Shown here: positions 26,340 through 38,818 of the stretch, one piece after another
Position numbering within the stretch: the first letter of the stretch is position 1
Layout: every line of letters starts with the position of its first letter
NCBI RefSeq assembly: GCF_031769215.1
Contig: NW_026782097.1
Coordinates: 434,001-498,000 of the forward strand
DNA length: 64,000 bases
From: Ylistrum balloti
Lineage: Eukaryota
Direction: 5' to 3'
The notes under the pieces: model-generated
Database searches by the model: none
Told to the model about the DNA's origin: nothing
Seen by the model: the letters and a program-made list of their open reading frames with translations, nothing else
Program-made: the position numbers and the translations under genes

Positions 26340-28480
26340 CAATGAAACTAGGACAAAATAAGGGGTACACCTTAACAAGTTTAAGGAGAATAAGACCGTG
26401 TGTTCCGGAAGTGTAAGCGTCTTCTGTTTAATCGACGACACATTTCATATAAACCAACATGCAAACTTACCAGCACCAAATGCAAACACGTCCCATAATT
26501 ACCTTCAGTTTGTATCTCTAGAGCACATGAATTTTTCTGACAGTTGTCGACATCTTGCTCGAAAAATATATTGGAGATGCAGGATTGTTGCTATATAGAA
26601 AAAGAGACATTCGTAATAGGAAATTTAACCAGCATTCTTGTCATACAACATGGTGGAAAGCTGCCCAAATTTTAAGAAAAGATTGAGGTAAGTGGCTGAT
26701 TTAGAACAGTCTATCGTGTTTTTGATTTCCAGTTCTTGTCGGTGTGTACCATAGTCTTGGTCAATAGATCTCTTAAAGACTTGACGTCATCAATACATCT
26801 TAAAATGAAAGGTTTTGACAAGGTCTTTGTGACCTGTTTTGATAATCTCTGTGATAAAATCAGTCTATTATGAAAACAAAACTAATTAGGCCAATATCTA
26901 TGCCTATAGTATGTCAGAAGATCTTACTAATAAACTCGACAAACATGTTATTAACAGGAAACTCGATCATTTTTATGATTTCGTCCTACGTTGGGCGTAA
27001 TTTTTTACGGAATACGCTTCAGTATATTTCACAACCATATATCTGTACCGCTTTTCTTGGAAGAAGGTGTTCTTTCACTTCTTTGGTATGGTGGTGTACA
27101 GAGTGAAAACTATCATTTTATAGAAGAAATATTTTAAAGAAGATGTTGAAGTTTGTTTTGAATTCTGTAAAAACTACATACTATTAATTCTATTTCTTGA
27201 GTAAACAGTATCATAATAAGACTGTAACCAAGATTTGATAGTACGGTGCATGGCAGTAAGAAGTTTTGGCAACTGTGCGGCTGAAGAGCTAGATGAAGTT
27301 TAGGAATCCAATATAAACGAGTGAGGTCCGTATCCTTATCATTAACAGGCAATCTAACTTATTGTATTACTGAAGCATAATTAGCCAATTCCAATTAATC
27401 GACGATGTTTTAGGATATTCAGGACATTGTATGAAAAGCTGCCGTAGCTTAAAATTTTTGATAATGCTTAAATTGAAAGTTACTATTTGCCCATTTGAAA
27501 ACAACCTCGATACTACAGAGGTCGCGATCACTTTCGCTCGCTGCAACTCTGGAACATCTCATGGTAAAATAGAAGGTGCATTATGCCACACCTTGTGGAG
27601 AAGACGAAAAGACTAGTTTGATCCTTTGATGTACATCAAACAAATTCTGGGGTCGCACAACGGTATATTGTAATGGCTTTGAAGTTGGGTGTTGCTGCTT
27701 GTTTTGAAAACAAAACTAATTAGGCCAATATCTATCTATAGTATGTCAGAAGATCTAATAAACTAATCTTCAAACGGAGCATAATCGCCCGTGATTGGTC
27801 AGTTATTTTCTCTTGAAACCAATCAAATCACTTTGCTTTTGCCTTCAATTTTGCCACGACATGTTCCAGGGGTGCACAGAACGAAAGTGATTGTAACCGC
27901 TGAAGTATCGAGGAAGAGTTGAAAACGGCGTTAAAGCACAGGCAGTTGTTGCAGTTTGTCTGTAGTTGAAAACTTCGGATATAATGGGCTTGGAGTAACT
28001 GTAGTAAATTAGAGAAATATATTTATGCATTGAAAGTATCATGAATAGATTTGTAAAATATTGCTATTACCTTCCAATACCTTATTCATTTCTGCCACAT
28101 CATCGGCAATTTTGTAAAATTTCGAAAGAAGTTTCCACAGGTAACCAGTATTACTACTATGTGACGCCCTTGTTGTTTCCGTAACACAGAGAGAGGAAGT
28201 GAATATAGCTTGTGTCGAACATGAGGGACACTTAATGATTTCCGTAAAGTTGTCATTAGATCTTCAAACATTATTTCATATCCACCAGATGTATTGTAAT
28301 GCCTCTGTTCGTGGCTACGTTAAGATATTCAACAAGTAAGAAAAGTAAAACTTGCCTTAATTCTTTAAGATACTCTTTCTTATCACGAGAAGCAAAGAAG
28401 ATCATATCGGTATGTCTATTGAATATTGATTTAAACTCAAATTTGTCGAAATCATAACATATGAACATCAGATTTACATG
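26340..28480 (-). mobile_element. Degenerate Penelope-like retroelement (RT remnant)
   Basis: Minus-strand fragments RLYWIPKLH (27134-27352), IEFPVNNMFVEF..KIF*HTIGI (~26880-26980) and SVPHVRHKLYSLPLSVL resemble the LYWIPKLHK and F.IDNIFVEF..IFQQ.IGIPMG motifs of PLE reverse transcriptases. Many stops and frameshifts. Confidence 0.65.
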
Positions 28481-29041
28481 AAATCTCGTGAAAAAATAAT
28501 CTAGGAAGTTCCGGAATTACCAGCGTCAGCAAATTCATCAATAATGTCACGTTCCCAAATGAGAACAAGGTAAACAACTAACTAAGAGCACCAAGTACGT
28601 CAAACTTCATAATATAAAGTTTTCACCAATCAGATGTTCGACCTTTTCAGAGTGTGCACTGTCGAGATATTTTGTTCATAATCGCACTTAATAAGTATAA
28701 GTACGTAGTATAATGTAAATTTCCCGTCACAATGGTGCCTACATAATGTACCATCATACACGATACAGGTTCATCCCAAACTATATTTGAAAACAAAATT
28801 ATTTAACTGATCTATACGAATATTGCCGCTCGAGTTAGAATTTCTCGTTCATACTTTCATATTGAAGACTGAATTCATCAGTTTCCTTAACATCAATAAA
28901 TTACAAAACACATCATACTGGTTACAAACGTTTTTATTACATGAAAAACAATATTGTCAATGTGGTGTAAATTATGCTAGGACAAATGGATCTGCAATGA
29001 GACATTGACAGGTTATTATTGGCAACAATTAATTTGATATC

Positions 29042-29536
29042 CTAATATCCACCAAATCTTGAGCTCCGTCTCATCCACCTGTTTCCGTATCCACGTCCGT
29101 AGCCTCCATATCCGTATCCTTCGAGTCCGTAGTCTCCACGACCGAAGTTGTTTCCATATCCGGACCCCAATCCCCCATAACCAATAAGTCCAATGTCATT
29201 TCCGTATCCGCCGTCTAATATTGATCCCAGACCATACTCATAGGAATTTCCTGCAAAAATGATGTATTTATAAAAACATATCATAACCATACAATCGAAC
29301 ACTATGGTAAAACACGGAGAAAATAAGACTTACTTTAACAAACATAAAAAATTGAACATGTATCAATTTCATAAATCGTCTTGCTAATGTTGTCATGGAT
29401 ACAAATTTGGTGATATAACAAAATTTTTGATGTTCGTCAATTTGCTTGTGGAAATTCTGTACATCCAGTACTTACCATAATAATGGCAGAGACCGCTAGC
29501 CACAAGGCAGGACAGGAGAAACATTACTTTCAGCAT
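29042..29536 (-). CDS. GY-family copy 1: secreted Gly/Tyr-rich protein, 89 aa (subtype A)
   Basis: join complement(29042-29250,29476-29536), 270 nt. MLKVMFLLSCLVASGLCHYYGNSYEYGLGSILDGGYGNDIGLIGYGGLGSGYGNNFGRGDYGLEGYGYGGYGRGYGNRWMRRSSRFGGY. Non-coding exon 1 at 30200-30241; AATAAA at complement 28933-28938. Confidence 0.92.
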
Positions 29537-30237
29537 GGTGTTGGTTAGGTGGCTACTGAAACATGGATATGTTATGAGATATCATTTTATTTGCTGTTTC
29601 ATTTCTTTTACATTGCATGGTCACACTAGACAGTAACAATGAATTTTCTGTATACTGAACATATTACCTTATTACACAGTACCCGACATTAGACAATAGG
29701 TTTGAGTTCTAAGTATATTGTATATTTGACCATTAGCCAATTATAGATAGATATCAGAAGTCAAGGTATTGAATACAAAGTAATGTATGTAATAACGGTT
29801 ATCAGATAACACATGACAAAATGACAAAATTATAAATTCTGATTCTCGAAACATATAGCTGGATATTTACTGTTAGTAACTGATGAGTGGGAATAATTAC
29901 CTAGTTGAAAATGCGAGAGATAGTATTCTGGAAAATGAATTGATATAAGCGCTAAACTTGTATTTTCATCCAATATGCAATATAAGTATATGTTATATTG
30001 TTGAATGTAATGAATAAGATATTGTATTAAATAAAACTAAGCATGAAAACAAAAGGGAACCAAGGAATATAGTAATATACTTTTGAACTCGGAGGACTTA
30101 ATTAAAAACATGTACAATAGTTTGACTCCCGATTCTCTTGGAAGCTATAATTAGCAGGTAATACAATCACATACAACTCACAATCGGACAGACACTTACC
30201 TAGAAATCAGTCCGATTCGATGACGACTTAGGATTAC

Positions 30238-30272
30238 GAATGACTTTTACCAGCTCCTCGAACATATTTATA
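30238..30272 (-). promoter_or_regulatory. TATA box + initiator of copy 1
   Basis: TATAAATA (complement 30265-30272) lies 31 nt upstream of the A of TCATTC (30241), followed by exon 1 and a CTAG|GTAAGT donor. Confidence 0.75.
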
Positions 30273-31157
30273 CAAGTTCCTAAAAAAATCCGGAAACATT
30301 TCTCAAACACGATTCGTTAAAATGACAAAAGATCACCATAATAAAATCGAATGACCAGTGACGAGTGTGACGTATCCTCACGAATAGTGACATGTGTCCA
30401 GTGCGTTATACTAATAAGAACCTGTCAGTAAAAGTGCTCGAGGCTAAACGGACAATTACCTCAGAGTTATATATTTATATATATATGCATATGTGTGTTT
30501 GTGTGTTTTTGTGTGGATACCTATGATTGAAATGGCTTCAATGTTCCATAACCATTATATACTTTTCTGTAGAATTCGCATATGCCGTTTTTAACACTGG
30601 TAACGTGAAAACAGTAAATACACAAGTATGGTAGTTTGTATGTATGAAGAAACGTCGGAGCGTCAACCTCAATTATTCACTGTAGTTGAGGATGATAAAA
30701 CGATCTAGCAGATATGTTGATGTTCATATTGTCGAGATATTTGGTCAACCACTAGCAAATAATGTTTCCTGTCTATTTCCAGTGATTCCATGAAAAATTC
30801 TCGCTAATTCCGGTCATAATGCTGTCTCTCGTTTTAGCAACGGCATATGCGAATTCTACAGAAAAGCATATACACTGATTTTCTACGGTTATTTCAAAAC
30901 AATGGTTAGGAAACATTGAAGCACATTTCATTCATATGTATCCACACACATGTATATATATAAATCTGAGGTAGTTGTCCGTTTAGCCCCGAGCACTTTT
31001 ACTGACCAGTTCTTATTAGTATAACGAACTGAACACATGTCACTATTCGTGAGGATACGTCACACTCGTCACTGGTCATTCGATTTTATTATGGTGATCT
31101 TTTGTCATTTTAACGAATCGTGTTTGAGAAATGCTTCCGGATTGTTTTAGGAACTTG

Positions 31158-31192
31158 TATAAATATGATAGAAGACCGAGCAAAAGTCATTC
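31158..31192 (+). promoter_or_regulatory. TATA box + initiator of copy 2
   Basis: TATAAATA at 31158 and TCATTC with A at 31189 (31 nt); donor CCAG|GTAAGT at 31221. Confidence 0.75.
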
Positions 31193-31894
31193 GTAATCCT
31201 AAGTCGTCATCTAATTTCCAGGTAAGTGTCCGTCCGATTATGAGTTGTATGTGATTGTATTACCTGCTAATTATAGCTTCTAAGAGAATCGGGAGTCAAA
31301 CTATTGTGCATATTTTTCATTTAGTCCTCCGAGCCAAAAAGAAGATTACTTGTATTCCTTGGTTCCCTTTTGCTTTTTTACAATATCTTATTAATTACAT
31401 TCAACAATATAATATATACCTATATTGCATATTGGATGAACACAAATGATTAGAGCTTATATCAGTTCATTTTCCAGAATTCTATCTCACCTAAATTGAA
31501 CAAGATAATTACTCCCACTCATCAGTTATTGTCAATATCAAGATACATTTTTTAATTAATCAGAATTTATAATTTTGTCATTTTATCATGCGTCATCTGA
31601 TAACCGTTATTACATACATTACTTTGTATTCAATACCTTGACTGTTGATATTGATCTATAATTGGGAAATGAATATATATATATATACATATATGTATAA
31701 TATAATATATATAATACTTAGACCTCAAACATATTGTCTAATGTCGGGTATTTTGTAATAAGGTAATATGTTTAGTATACAGAAAAAGACGTCTTTATTG
31801 TCAAGTATGCCCATGCAATGTAAAAGAAAGGAAACAGCAACTAAAATGATATTTCATAACATAACCATGTTTCAGTAGCCACTTAACCAACACC

Positions 31895-32366
31895 ATGCTG
31901 AAGGTAATGCTTCTCCTGTCCTGCCTTGTGGCTAGCGGTCTCTGTCAATATTATGGTAAGTACTGGATGTACAGAATTTCCACAAGTAAATTGACGAACA
32001 TAAAAAAAATTTATATCACCAAACTTGTATCCATGGCAATATTAGCAAGACGATTAATGAAACTGATACACATTCAATGATTGATGTTTATGAATGTAAA
32101 TCTTATCTTCTCCGTGTTTTACAATAATTCGATGGTATATGTTTTATATTATTGCAGGAAATTCCTATGTGTATGGTCTGGGATCAATATTAGACGGCGG
32201 ATACGGAAATGACATTGGACGTGTTGGTTATGGTGGATTGAGGTCCGGATATGGAAACAACTTCGGTCGTGGAGACTACGGACTCGAAGGATACGGATAT
32301 GGAGGCTACGGACGTGGATACGGAAACAGGTGGATGAGACGAAACTCCAGATTTGGTGGATACTAA
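31895..32366 (+). CDS. GY-family copy 2, 89 aa (subtype A)
   Basis: join(31895-31955,32158-32366). MLKVMLLLSCLVASGLCQYYGNSYVYGLGSILDGGYGNDIGRVGYGGLRSGYGNNFGRGDYGLEGYGYGGYGRGYGNRWMRRNSRFGGY. 3'UTR intron 32397-32672; AATAAA at 32736. Confidence 0.92.
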
Positions 32367-33642
32367 GTCAATTGTCGCCAGTAGTTAAAATTTCAGGTAA
32401 TATTCATTGTTAAATTGTAAATGTTTGATGTCAGTTGTTTAAGAGGAAAGTGTTACAGGATAGGGAACAAACATAGCGATAATAATAATACGTTACATCT
32501 AATCCGACTGTTTCGTTAGTAATTCCAGTATGTACGTTAATACACGTAGATATAACACAACCTGTAGATGTATAAGGAAATTTATTCTGAAATAACCTAC
32601 TCATATTCCGTTACGATGATAATAAGATGTTGATCTTGTCTATTGTCTAATGTTATTTCTCTTTCTTTGCAGATTCATTTTGTCAAGCATTATTTACCAT
32701 TACCATTAATTTATTACCAAAAATATGTTACAATTAATAAAAGGTATTTGTCGTTAAAAGATGTGTTTGTAATTAATTTCGTGATATTGAAACAACAAAT
32801 AGATTCTGATTCTATGATGCTATTCAGGGGCATTTCAATTTCTTGGGTTGAACCATCAAAATATTTTTGGATTTTCTTCCTGCTATAAAGATTTTACTGA
32901 GTTATCTCAACTTGAGTGTCGATATTTCCAGCGTATGGTTAAGTTAAAAGGAAATGTTTTTGTGGTCGACTTCGACATTGTCTGGAGTAAATCAGTTTTG
33001 ACGTTACATTACATGCATTTGAAGAACAATGATTACATAGTTTTACTGAGGACAAGCAATTATGGACAAAACCCTCCTACAGCTTACGCGTAGAGAATTA
33101 AAGAATGACTGTAGAATGGAGACCTTACTTTTACTGTTTCGCTCATGATTAAGCAAGTATACTGTAAATATCACTAAAGTAAATGTTACTTTTAATTCCA
33201 CATGGATATAGCATGGGAGGAATAATCATATCTACATTCACCGGTTGGTAATGGTCCATTTGGCCACAAATTAAACACATTGTGTTACAGTGACAATATT
33301 GAAAATAAGAAAAAGTATTGAACATCCATCAACTTTTGATTCATCGCAGCATTTCAATTACGTAGCATCACTGACGAAGACCTAGTGAACAAGACAGATG
33401 TATAACAATGTTAAGGTTTTTACTAATTTCTGAAATTTGAAAATTATCAAATACAAATGATATACGCCATGTCATACGTGTTTCTTACACCAAAAGATAA
33501 TTGAGTAGAACCTTATATAACACTACACAATTCAATTCATTTTGTTCGAAGCCGTAGATGCAATGTTTTATACACAACATTTATGAATTGAAACATCTAA
33601 ATCTGTACCTCAAACATGTACACACTTGATAAAAGCAGTATT

Positions 33643-33735
33643 TGATCACATAACGGTATTGATCACATAACGGTATTGATCACATAACAGTATTGATCAC
33701 ATAACGGTATTGATTACATAACAGTATTTGATGCT
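33643..33735. repeat. 16-17-bp minisatellite (tattgatcacataacgg/ag), ~5 copies
   Basis: Same unit as the arrays at 41055 and 47810. Confidence 0.85.
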
Positions 33736-35148
33736 CTGAAAGTATTTGTTTGCATTGAAGTATTTGTTTGATCACGGCGTTATGTTTGTTTCAGCTGGGT
33801 TATTGTGATGTGTTATTGTAATGGTTCTGTTTGGTATAGAGTAGTTAAACGGTCTTGAACTGGTTGAATGTTCGCATGTTTAGAACAACCACCATATCAA
33901 CTACAGTCGAACCTCGTCATCTCGAACTCGGCGGGCATGTTAAAACATCCAGTTGAGTATTCGAATTAAGTGAGATCAAATGATTGTGTAAAGGTTGGCA
34001 GGCACCGACGTTTTTATAAAGAAGTAGACATTTTATGTATCAGTAATCAGCTGATTTGCATTTTTCCTGGAATTATTTGTCATGTTTGAGATGTACAGGT
34101 ATAACAGTTGTGTAAATTTTTTAAACCAATCCTTTCCCCACATATCTGACATGTGATTGTTATGGTTACCAACTGAGAAGACAATAAATATACAAAAATA
34201 CTACTAATTTCAACATAACAGTGTAATTATATTATCTCTATGAATTATGTTCTGATGTCTAATGATAGAATGTCAGTCATCTGAAACAACAAAAATATCG
34301 GAGCACTGATCAACATTTTGGAAAACCAATTTGTTTTCCTCTGCATGATTCACTTTTATAAAGTATAACTTTTGTGATAACGGGAAAATATCGACAGGTT
34401 AGCGAGCTAAAATCGTCATCTAAACCAAAAGGAAAACAAACGAGGGCTAACAAAACAAAACAAAAACACGGAGACTTCTGAATAGAACAAAAAGTAAAAA
34501 TACAAGTATTCCAGTAGGCTAAAGTGTCTTCTGCTTCATCCGATCAGATGCAGATAAACTACACCACCACGGAACAACCATTCAAAAGGGGAAAAATGAA
34601 AAAAAAAACGAGCAACAAACACGTCCGATCTCAAAATGGGACTGTTCCATATGAGATCACATGACGTTCGTAAAACTTCTTAAAAATCTTTATCAGCTTA
34701 CATATCTCGACACAACATATCAAGAGAATCTTTCATATCGGAACAAGCTCTTTGATATTGAATCAACTGCACTATGTTAACATCATAGGCTGTGAATGCA
34801 GGGTAGATGATATCCAGAAATGGATAATTCACAGAGGAGATATTAAAACCACCACAAGACGGTAATCCGGAATATGCTGTATTAGGAGTGGTAGTGAGAA
34901 GCTTAGATAAATGTTTGGGTGAACTAGACGCGCCAGAAATACAATGTTGTAGAAGATTCGTATCGTAATGATGACTAAGCAGCCTGAATAATTGTTACAC
35001 TCCAGCTTGATTACTTTATGCTTCTTCTTTGCAATGTTTGAACATTTAAATGTGATTTTGACAGTTGAATCAAGGACACAGATATGTGTTTTACTTTCAA
35101 TTAAGATATGAACTTGTGCATGATTTTTGAAATATCAGGAAAGACAAA

Positions 35149-35206
35149 CCAGGAATCGAACCCGTATCACCGTCCTGATAATCGACGGACTCTACCAGCT
35201 GCGCCA
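35149..35206 (-). mobile_element. tRNA-derived SINE-like head / pseudo-tRNA
   Basis: Reverse complement TGGCGCAGCTGGTAGAG (A box)..GGTTCGATTCC (B box); no acceptor-stem pairing. Paralogous copies at 46370-46413 (+, internally deleted) and 61675-61732 (-). Confidence 0.55.
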
Positions 35207-35356
35207 AATAAGTTGGCTCCATCCGGTCAGTGACAGAGACCGAAGTTAACACTATTTACAGGCCACACAAGCTCATTTTACAATTCTACTGATTATAGAC
35301 CAAGTAGGTCGATTCTGAAAGTGAATCGATTACACTGTGATGATTCTTTCCATGCT

Positions 35357-35565
35357 ATATCCATGTGGAATTAAAAGTAATATAATATTCAAAGTATACC
35401 TGTTTAACGTGATCGAAACAGTAAAAGTAAGGTTTCCATTCTACATTCATTCTTTAATTCTTTACGTGTAAGCTGTAGAAGGGTTTTGTCCATAATTGCT
35501 TGTCCTCAGGAATAATATATAATCATTGTGTAAATTGTTCTTCAAATGCACGTAATGTACCATCA
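35357..35565. repeat. ~205-bp orphan piece of the GY-gene 3' flank, directly repeated at 37964-38172
   Basis: tatatccatgtggaattaaaagtaa..ttcaaatgcacgtaatgtac lies on both sides of the Tx1/L1 remnant. Confidence 0.85.
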
Positions 35566-35569
35566 AAAC

Positions 35570-37960
35570 TTTGTTTTTATTGGCCCAGAACATTTTAACA
35601 TAGACTACTGCCAGGGTTGGGATCCTGGATTCAGCATCTGTACAAATATGTCGTCATGCAAGAGAGCTCTCATTCAACACTGTGAAGACAATAATTCATT
35701 CATCGATTCATCAGATCTTTCTATAACTAATTTGTCCTTCACTCCTTCCTTCCTTCATTCATTCATCAGATCTCTGTAATTAGTATGCCATTCATTCTGT
35801 AATTCATTCATTCATTCTGTAATTTATACATTCTTTCTGAACTCATTCTTCACAACATTTTATTAATTGATATAAATTGACCCTGCAGTGAGTTGTATTC
35901 GAAAGCAAATATCAATTATTTCATAATATTGCTCTGAGATAACATAGACGACAACACAAAGACAATATATATAATCAAGTTTATTTGCCTTGTTGGTCTT
36001 TTATGTTTACATATATATATATATATATACATATATATATCTTAACACCATCTCATCACTATATTTTTCAAAAAATACCTTATTATGTTAATTGATTAAT
36101 GACATTTTGTGCTACATGTAGTGGAAATGTTTTCTTTTGCTTTGAGTTGATATATAAGTATATATTATCTATTAATGAATTACAAAATGTTTTACCTGTT
36201 TCTGCTATTGTATAAACCTGATTTTGGTATTTCAATTCGTTCCTTGTCTTCCAGATTATCCACTTTATAGTTATAGTTATCTTATCCTTATTTCCTTTAA
36301 AACCAAGCATTATGACTTCCTCAGAGATTTGGTCTCTGTATTCTGGAATAGCAAAATCTACTAGCTGACACCACATATTAATAATGTGTTTCACAGGTGC
36401 ACATCCATAAAAGAGATGGTAAATATTTTCATCGCAAACTTTAAAAAATGACATTTCCCATTAGAGTTCCCAAACTTGCTTATTTCAGATTCTGTATATA
36501 TTATATCATGAATGCATTTCCAATGAAATTCTTTCATTTTCTTGGTAGTAATCGATAAACCAATATTATTCCAAATCTGGTACCACTGAAAATGTTTTCG
36601 AAATTCGAATTCCCATTTAACTTGACAGTTTGGATTGTTGTTATTTAACTTCATCATCAAGGTTTTCAATTTAACTTTTATTAAACGGGTTTTTTCTATG
36701 GCTCTTATCAATTAAATCACAGTCAACATTAATTTTAGGATATGCACATTGCTCCATTTGATTTCCATTACTTCTCATTAATTTAAGAATCTTATCTGCA
36801 AATAATCGCTTTATTCTGGAAAGTTCCGCTTATACAATTGCGCTTATCTGTAAGTAAATTGTAAATTATCCTCTCTTCCTTAAAGTCGTTTTTTTCATTG
36901 TCCCAAATATCGTTGACAGTACAAAGCGCGCTTTTCGTAAATGAACAAAAGAAAATTGGATTTTTATTAAACTGAAATAAATGGTTTCCAAATAGGAACT
37001 GTTGAAGAGCTTCGGTTTTACACGTTGGCCAACTCGACCTTTGTAGTTCTGACCATGCAGATATGATAGACTTCTAAAAATCAGAGATATGTGACAGATT
37101 TAGATTCCTTAAATCTGACAGTTTGCAAAAAAAAGTATGGTACTCTGCATTTACTTTCAAATGAACATAACCAATGCTTACCTATTGCGTTCCATGTAGC
37201 GTTTTCACTTTTCATTATCGTATATTTAAGTTTAATTTTTTCGGCTTAATACATATGATGTTATATCAATAATATCCATCCCTACTTCACTCAAATTTAA
37301 AGACATTGACGCACGTTTAACCAGATCTTTCTTATCATTCCACACAAATTTCCAAATTAAAGAATCAATTTCCTTCAAATACTTTTCTGGGATACCACGA
37401 GTCTCTATTTCGTTACCTGTAAGTGAAATTAATAAAGACTTGATTAATATCCGTTTACCATAAAGTGTAAGATTTCTACTTTTCCATACATGGAGTTATT
37501 TTGTTGATTTTACTCTTCCATATGGCGTCATCGGCTCCAAAATATCCGTGATGGACTCCCAAAGTTTCCATAAAAGTACGCGACCAACTGATATTCCTAA
37601 AGATTGGTTCTTTATTTTTCCAGCTACCTAGATATATACCTGTTGTTTTATTAAAATTTATTTTTGAACCCGAAGCTTTTTCATATAAGTTAAGAATATT
37701 AAAAGAATTCACAGTAGATTGTTCATCATTATTAAAGAGCTGCGCGTCGTCCGCAAACATATAGATTTACGCCTCGTTATGATTTTGAAGTTGTACGCCT
37801 TTAATATTAGTGTTACTTCTTATAGAACATGGTTCAGCTTGTATAATGTACAGAATTGGTGCAATAGGGCATCCCTGCCTAGCTGAGCGAGATATATTGA
37901 AAAAATCAGAAATGTAACCAATTGTTTTAATACAAGTTTTTGCGTCTTTTAGAAGCATAG
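35570..37960 (-). mobile_element. 5'-truncated, degenerate Tx1/L1-clade non-LTR retrotransposon
   Basis: RT motifs SARQGCPIAPILY (37767-37973) and MFADDAQ..LYEKASGSKINFNKT (37476-37760). The C-terminal C..C..ENIYHLFYGC..IWKTRN zinc-knuckle region is at 36083-36711. (TGAA)n-like runs and AATAAA lie near the 3' end. Confidence 0.85.
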
Positions 37961-38818
37961 AAGCTATATCCATGTGGAATTAAAAGTAACATGATATTTA
38001 CAGTATACCAGCTTAATCATGAGCGAAACAGTAAAAGTAAGGTTTTCATTCTTCAGTCATTCTTTAAATCTTAATGTGTAAACTGTAGGAGGGTTTTGTC
38101 CATAATTGCTTGTCCTCAGGAAAAATATGTAATCATTGTGTAAATTGTTCTTCAAATGCACGTAATGTACTGTCAAAACTGATTTACTCCAGACAATGTC
38201 GAAGTCGACCACACAAACATTTCCTTTTAACAGATCCATACGCTGAAAACATTGACACTCCAGTGGAGATAACTCAGTAAAATCTTCATAGCAAGAAGAA
38301 AATCCAAAACTATTTTGATGGCTCAATCCAACAGAAATATTCCCAAGAAATTGAAATGCCCCTGAAAAGCATCACCATAGAATCAGAATCTATTTGTTGT
38401 TTCAATAACACGAAATTAATTACAAACACGTCTTTTAACGACAAATACCTTTTATTAATTGTAACATATTTTTGGTAATAAATTAATGGTAATGGTTAAT
38501 TATGCTTGACAAGGTGAATCTGCAACGAAAGAGAAATAACATTAGACAATAACAAGATCAACATCTTATTATCATCGTAACGGAGTATGAGTAGGTTCTT
38601 TCAGAACAAGTTTCCTTATACATAAACAGGTTGTGTTATATCTATGTGTATTAACGTACATACTGGTATTTCTAACGACTAACGTTTACGTCGGATCAGA
38701 TGTAATATATTTTCATTGTCGTTATGTCTGTATCTGGCATCAGACATTTACTAATGAAAACAAGAAAACAGTCCATAATGAATATTACCTGGAACTTAAA
38801 GAACTGGCGACAATTGAC

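Noticed and set aside
29042-29075. RFamide neuropeptide precursor (RR-xxRF-G)
   Set aside because: The Gly is followed by GY-stop rather than a basic cleavage site or the C-terminus, there is only one motif per protein, and the rest is structural-type low-complexity sequence.
31255-31449. Recurrent ORF MYYLLIIASK.. (also 39614-39931, 42462-42677) and 3'-flank ORFs (32643, 56904, 60391)
   Set aside because: Non-ATG starts, variable lengths and frameshifts between copies; recurrence reflects duplication of intron and flank DNA.
31895-32080. ORF-track proteins MLKVM..GKYWMYRI.. (also 39121, 43145, 59609, 12844)
   Set aside because: Read-through of the signal exon into intron 2 past a canonical G|GTAAGT donor; the spliced models give uniform 89-aa products.
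34690-34980. Coding-like block repeated at ~46580-46850 and ~51140-51450
   Set aside because: Reading frames are broken differently in each copy and no domain is recognisable; treated as an unclassified repeat inside duplicated blocks.
35149-35206. Functional tRNA gene
   Set aside because: The acceptor stem does not pair and the anticodon arm is irregular; kept only as a tRNA-derived repeat.
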